Assembly (NCBI GenBank): GCA_943788495.1
Contig: CALSQO010000001.1
Location: 98,902-162,901 of the forward strand
From: an uncultured Flavobacteriales bacterium
GTDB lineage: Bacteria; Bacteroidota; Bacteroidia; Flavobacteriales_D; Sanyastnellaceae
Direction of reading: 5' to 3'
DNA length: 64,000 nucleotides
Below the pieces are notes generated by a model that searched no databases, had not been told where the DNA came from, and was given only the letters and a program-made list of their open reading frames with translations. The position numbers and the translations under genes are program-made. How positions within the stretch are numbered: the stretch's first letter is position 1; each line of letters begins with the position of its first letter. Positions 61,443 to 64,000 of this stretch are shown here, piece by piece.

Positions 61443-62798
61443 TCAGCGAACTTCTGCAGCTAGCTTGGCAAAGTCGTCAAAACTGACCGACTTCTCCTTG
61501 ATCGTCACTTTCGGCTTCAGTTCATCCACCACCTTCCGTTCAATGATGATGTCTGCAATCCGCCGACGTTCTTCGTCATTGGAAAGCGCGTTTTTCGCAA
61601 AATTGTCCAGCATCTCACCTTCCAATGGCATTCCATATTGAGCGTACTGTGCGCCAATCACACGTTTGGCCTCCTCTTCCAGCTCCTCCGCGCTAACGCG
61701 CATGTCAGCATCCTTCATGACCGCTTGTTGAAGCAATTGCCAGCGCATGGATTCGGCGTAATTCGGGTACTCCTTTTCCATTTGTTCCTCGGTCAGAGGC
61801 TGCTCGTTGTTCATCTGAATCCAGCGCTTGAGGAATGCATCGGGCATCTGGATTTTCATGTGCTCAATTAAATCGACTACGAATCGCCGGCGGAAGACGT
61901 GCTCGGCATCGCGGTCAAATTGACTGTGCAATTCTTCAGAAACTTTTTCTCGGAATTCTTTTTCGGTCGACACCACGTCTTTTCCGAGCACCTTATCCCA
62001 TAACTCTTGATTGTTGTCATGCGGCGCAAGGCGTTTGATTTCCTTTACCTCAAACTTAAAATTGCCTTTCAAATCATGGACTTGCTCGTGGTTGATGCCG
62101 AGCATTTTGCCCAAATCATCATGCCCGTGGGAAATTTTATGGGGATCCAATGTGAACGTATCGCCCACTTTTGCCCCGGTAAGCAACTTCCGCGACTTTT
62201 TGTCCGTGAGGTGTTCCAGAGCAATATTGGAATCGCTCTCAATGCCACCTTCCATCGGTTGATCAGAAGCGTCGAGCTGCGTAAAGTGCCCCATGATGAG
62301 GTCGCTATCAGATGCCACTTCAGGTTCGCTGATGGAGCCGTGGCGCCTGCAATGGTCTTTTGTTGCCGCCTCGATTGCTTTCTTATCCACCTTGATGATG
62401 TGACGAGTGAATTTTGCGCTTCGTCCGAATTCCAGGGATATCTGTGGCGCTAATCCAATCTCAAATGTGAAGATAAATTGCTCCGGCTTTTCCCAATTCC
62501 CCGAAGCCTCGGTGCTTGTCTCGGGAATAGGATTTCCGAGAATTTCGATGTTCTCCTTTTGGATATAGCTACTGAGGTTTTCGGAGATGATTTTGTTCAT
62601 CTCATCTGCCAAAACGGGTGCCGCATACTGCTTCCGGATGAGGGCCATGGGCGCCTTGCCTTTTCGAAATCCGGGATACTGGGCAGACTTCTTATAGTCG
62701 TTGAGGATTTTTTGAACGCGTTCCGTGTAATCAGCGGGCTCAACGGTCAAGGTCAATCGAGCGGTGAGCTCGTCAATGTTGTTCCGATCGATTTGCAT
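61443..62798 (-). CDS. tig: Trigger factor
   Basis: MQIDRNNIDELTARLTLTVEPADY...PGFRKGKAP; 451 aa from ATG 62798. The 573-aa track ORF runs on through the tRNA-Leu gene and is an artefact. Confidence 0.9.
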   Translation of the reverse strand: MQIDRNNIDELTARLTLTVEPADYTERVQKILNDYKKSAQYPGFRKGKAPMALIRKQYAAPVLADEMNKIISENLSSYIQKENIEILGNPIPETSTEASGNWEKPEQFIFTFEIGLAPQISLEFGRSAKFTRHIIKVDKKAIEAATKDHCRRHGSISEPEVASDSDLIMGHFTQLDASDQPMEGGIESDSNIALEHLTDKKSRKLLTGAKVGDTFTLDPHKISHGHDDLGKMLGINHEQVHDLKGNFKFEVKEIKRLAPHDNNQELWDKVLGKDVVSTEKEFREKVSEELHSQFDRDAEHVFRRRFVVDLIEHMKIQMPDAFLKRWIQMNNEQPLTEEQMEKEYPNYAESMRWQLLQQAVMKDADMRVSAEELEEEAKRVIGAQYAQYGMPLEGEMLDNFAKNALSNDEERRRIADIIIERKVVDELKPKVTIKEKSVSFDDFAKLAAEVR

Positions 62799-62892
62799 GT
62801 GTCGGTGTAAGAATGGCTTGGTTTTGGCGTTTTCATCTGTGTGAATAAGCCAAGTTGCAAGCGGTTTCAGTTTTGGTTTCTTTTCTGAAGAG

Positions 62893-62974
62893 TGCGGGTG
62901 GAGGGACTCGAACCCACACGCCTCGCGGCACTGGATCCTAAATCCAGCGTGTCTACCAATTTCACCACACCCGC
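62893..62974 (-). tRNA. tRNA-Leu (anticodon UAG), type II with long variable arm
   Basis: The minus strand reads GCGGGTG TG GTGAAATTGGTAGACAC GCTGGATTTAGGATCCAGT... GGGTTCGAGTCCC..CACCCGC A. Anticodon loop TTTAGGA, one U-U mismatch in the T-stem, no encoded CCA. Confidence 0.85.
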
Positions 62975-62990
62975 CCTTCAGAAAGGAGTG

Positions 62991-62998
62991 CAAAGGTA
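62991..62998 (-). promoter_or_regulatory. Candidate -7 promoter element (TAnnTTTG) for tRNA-Leu
   Basis: The minus strand reads TACCTTTG, an exact TAnnTTTG match ending 16 nt upstream of the mature tRNA 5' end. The -33 position has only TTC. Confidence 0.35.
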
Positions 62999-63096
62999 GG
63001 AATACGGATATTTCGATAGAACTTGCAGGCGCATGAATTTTCAAAGTGTTTCTTCTGTGGGGTTGAAGTGGGTGCCTTTGCGCTTGTGCGGTTTTG

Positions 63097-64000
63097 ATGG
63101 TTTTTGCAGTGAGAGCGCAGGATGACGGCGAAACACGAATCAACATTCTACAGGCAGACGCCATTTTGCGTGACCAGCGTCAGCCCGATGTTCAGCGGTT
63201 AATTGGCGCTGTATTGCTCGGATATGGGGACGCTACCTTGGCTTGCGACAGCGCTTTGAGGTTCAAAGACGGTCGTTTTCGTACGATGGGAAACGTGCGT
63301 TTGAACGACGGTGATAGGCGTGTTTTGGCCGAAAGCATGTTACTGAATCCACAGGCTGAAAAGGCCATTGCAACGGCTACTGTGGGTGAGCAAGTGCGGA
63401 TGCAAAGTGATTTGGGAGAAATACAAGCAACTCGTGTTGATTATGAGCTGGACACCAAATGGGTTCGTTTTCCAAACGGCGGGACCATGCATGAACAATC
63501 AAGATCGGCCACGTTCGAGCGTGGACTGTTCAAGGTAGACGATTCCCTTCTGGAATTGGGGGGCAACGTGTACATCGATGATGGTGACTGGGTTGTCATG
63601 TCTGATTCGCTCCATTGGGACGAAAAAAACGAAAAACTATTCTTTCATGGACTTTCACATGTGCTTGAGCAGTCTGGGGAGTTGGAATTGAGTTGTTTCT
63701 TTGGAGCATTTGATGCCGCTCAGGAGTCAGGATGGTTTGCATCCGAGGAAGTGGGCTCAGGCACGAAGGCACGCGTTCGACAGGATGATGTATGGCTCGA
63801 GGCCGATCGATTGGAGGTGCCAGCGGACTCGTTGGAACCGTTGTCTGCAATGGGGCGTGTCGAAATACAAGACACGTCACGCGTGTGGAAAGTGTGGGGC
63901 TCTGATGCACTGCGCCGGCAAGGCGCAGGGGGAGAAAACCTCGTGTCCGTGCGAGGTGGCAGTAGTGGAAGGGCAAGGTACATGGATGCTTCTTCGTCGG
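63097..64000 (+). CDS. OstA/LptA-like (OstA_2) periplasmic LPS-transport-family protein, 3'-truncated by window edge
   Basis: I checked this frame codon by codon: it is open from 63067 to the window end. It is missing from the ORF track because it has no stop. The sequence is a beta-jellyroll-like repeat (ILQADAILRD...GNVRLNDGDRRVLAESM...). The first ATG is 63097, but that start leaves no signal peptide (see finding). Confidence 0.5.
   Translation, partial: MVFAVRAQDDGETRINILQADAILRDQRQPDVQRLIGAVLLGYGDATLACDSALRFKDGRFRTMGNVRLNDGDRRVLAESMLLNPQAEKAIATATVGEQVRMQSDLGEIQATRVDYELDTKWVRFPNGGTMHEQSRSATFERGLFKVDDSLLELGGNVYIDDGDWVVMSDSLHWDEKNEKLFFHGLSHVLEQSGELELSCFFGAFDAAQESGWFASEEVGSGTKARVRQDDVWLEADRLEVPADSLEPLSAMGRVEIQDTSRVWKVWGSDALRRQGAGGENLVSVRGGSSGRARYMDASSS

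Noticed and set aside
61443-63164. 573-aa ORF presented as a single coding region.
   Set aside because: Its N-terminal ~120 codons run through the tRNA-Leu gene (62893-62974) and that gene's promoter. Trigger factor starts at ATG 62798 (MQIDRNNIDEL...).
1-64000. Search for CRISPR arrays, IS elements, integrases, prophage modules, toxin-antitoxin pairs or long direct/inverted repeats.
   Set aside because: Reading the intergenic regions (the largest are 210, 156, 131, 127, 122 and 112 bp) turned up none. No ORF translation shows transposase, integrase, Cas or phage signatures. A computational repeat search would be needed to exclude short dispersed repeats.

Overview
This 64-kb window is about 95% coding and looks like conserved chromosomal core from a Bacteroidota genome, probably Flavobacteriales-like. 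The lineage call rests on gldD/gldE, a PorX-type REC-PglZ regulator, a T9SS type-B C-terminal sorting domain, TAnnTTTG-type promoter motifs and several conserved gene strings. Those strings are pdxA-DUF177-rpmF-fabH-accB-accC, mutY-ssb-gldE-gldD and tig-clpP-clpX-mutS.

I call about 57 protein genes. They cover fatty-acid initiation, translation (pheS, pheT, cysS, rpmF, queA, tsaE), DNA repair (recQ, mutS, mutY, ssb), proteostasis (tig, clpP, clpX, ppiD, cyclophilin) and envelope/LPS functions (lptB, lptC-like, kpsF, OstA-like, tatC). There is also an OmpR/PhoR-type two-component pair.

Three items are missing from, or hidden in, the supplied ORF track:
- tRNA-Pro(GGG) and tRNA-Leu(UAG).
- A 29-codon bS22-like ORF, below the track's size cutoff.
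- An open-ended OstA-like CDS running off the right edge.

I see no transposases, integrases, CRISPR arrays, prophage genes, defence islands or obviously foreign DNA.

I do not find convincing evidence for a new multi-gene system here. The best leads are modest:
- A 1088-aa PD40-propeller/Omp85-barrel fusion protein, tightly coupled to a half-size TauE-like membrane protein.
- A TPR-TM protein with a degenerate histidine-kinase-like C-terminus.
- The co-directional coaX-to-ppiD envelope string, which contains two uncharacterised secreted or outer-membrane proteins next to lptC.
- The divergent HD-hydrolase/PorX pair.
- A C9 tract at an in-frame TGA-ATG gene junction.
- A probable frameshift that detaches a signal peptide from the OstA-like gene.

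All functional calls come from motif recognition by eye. No database search was run.
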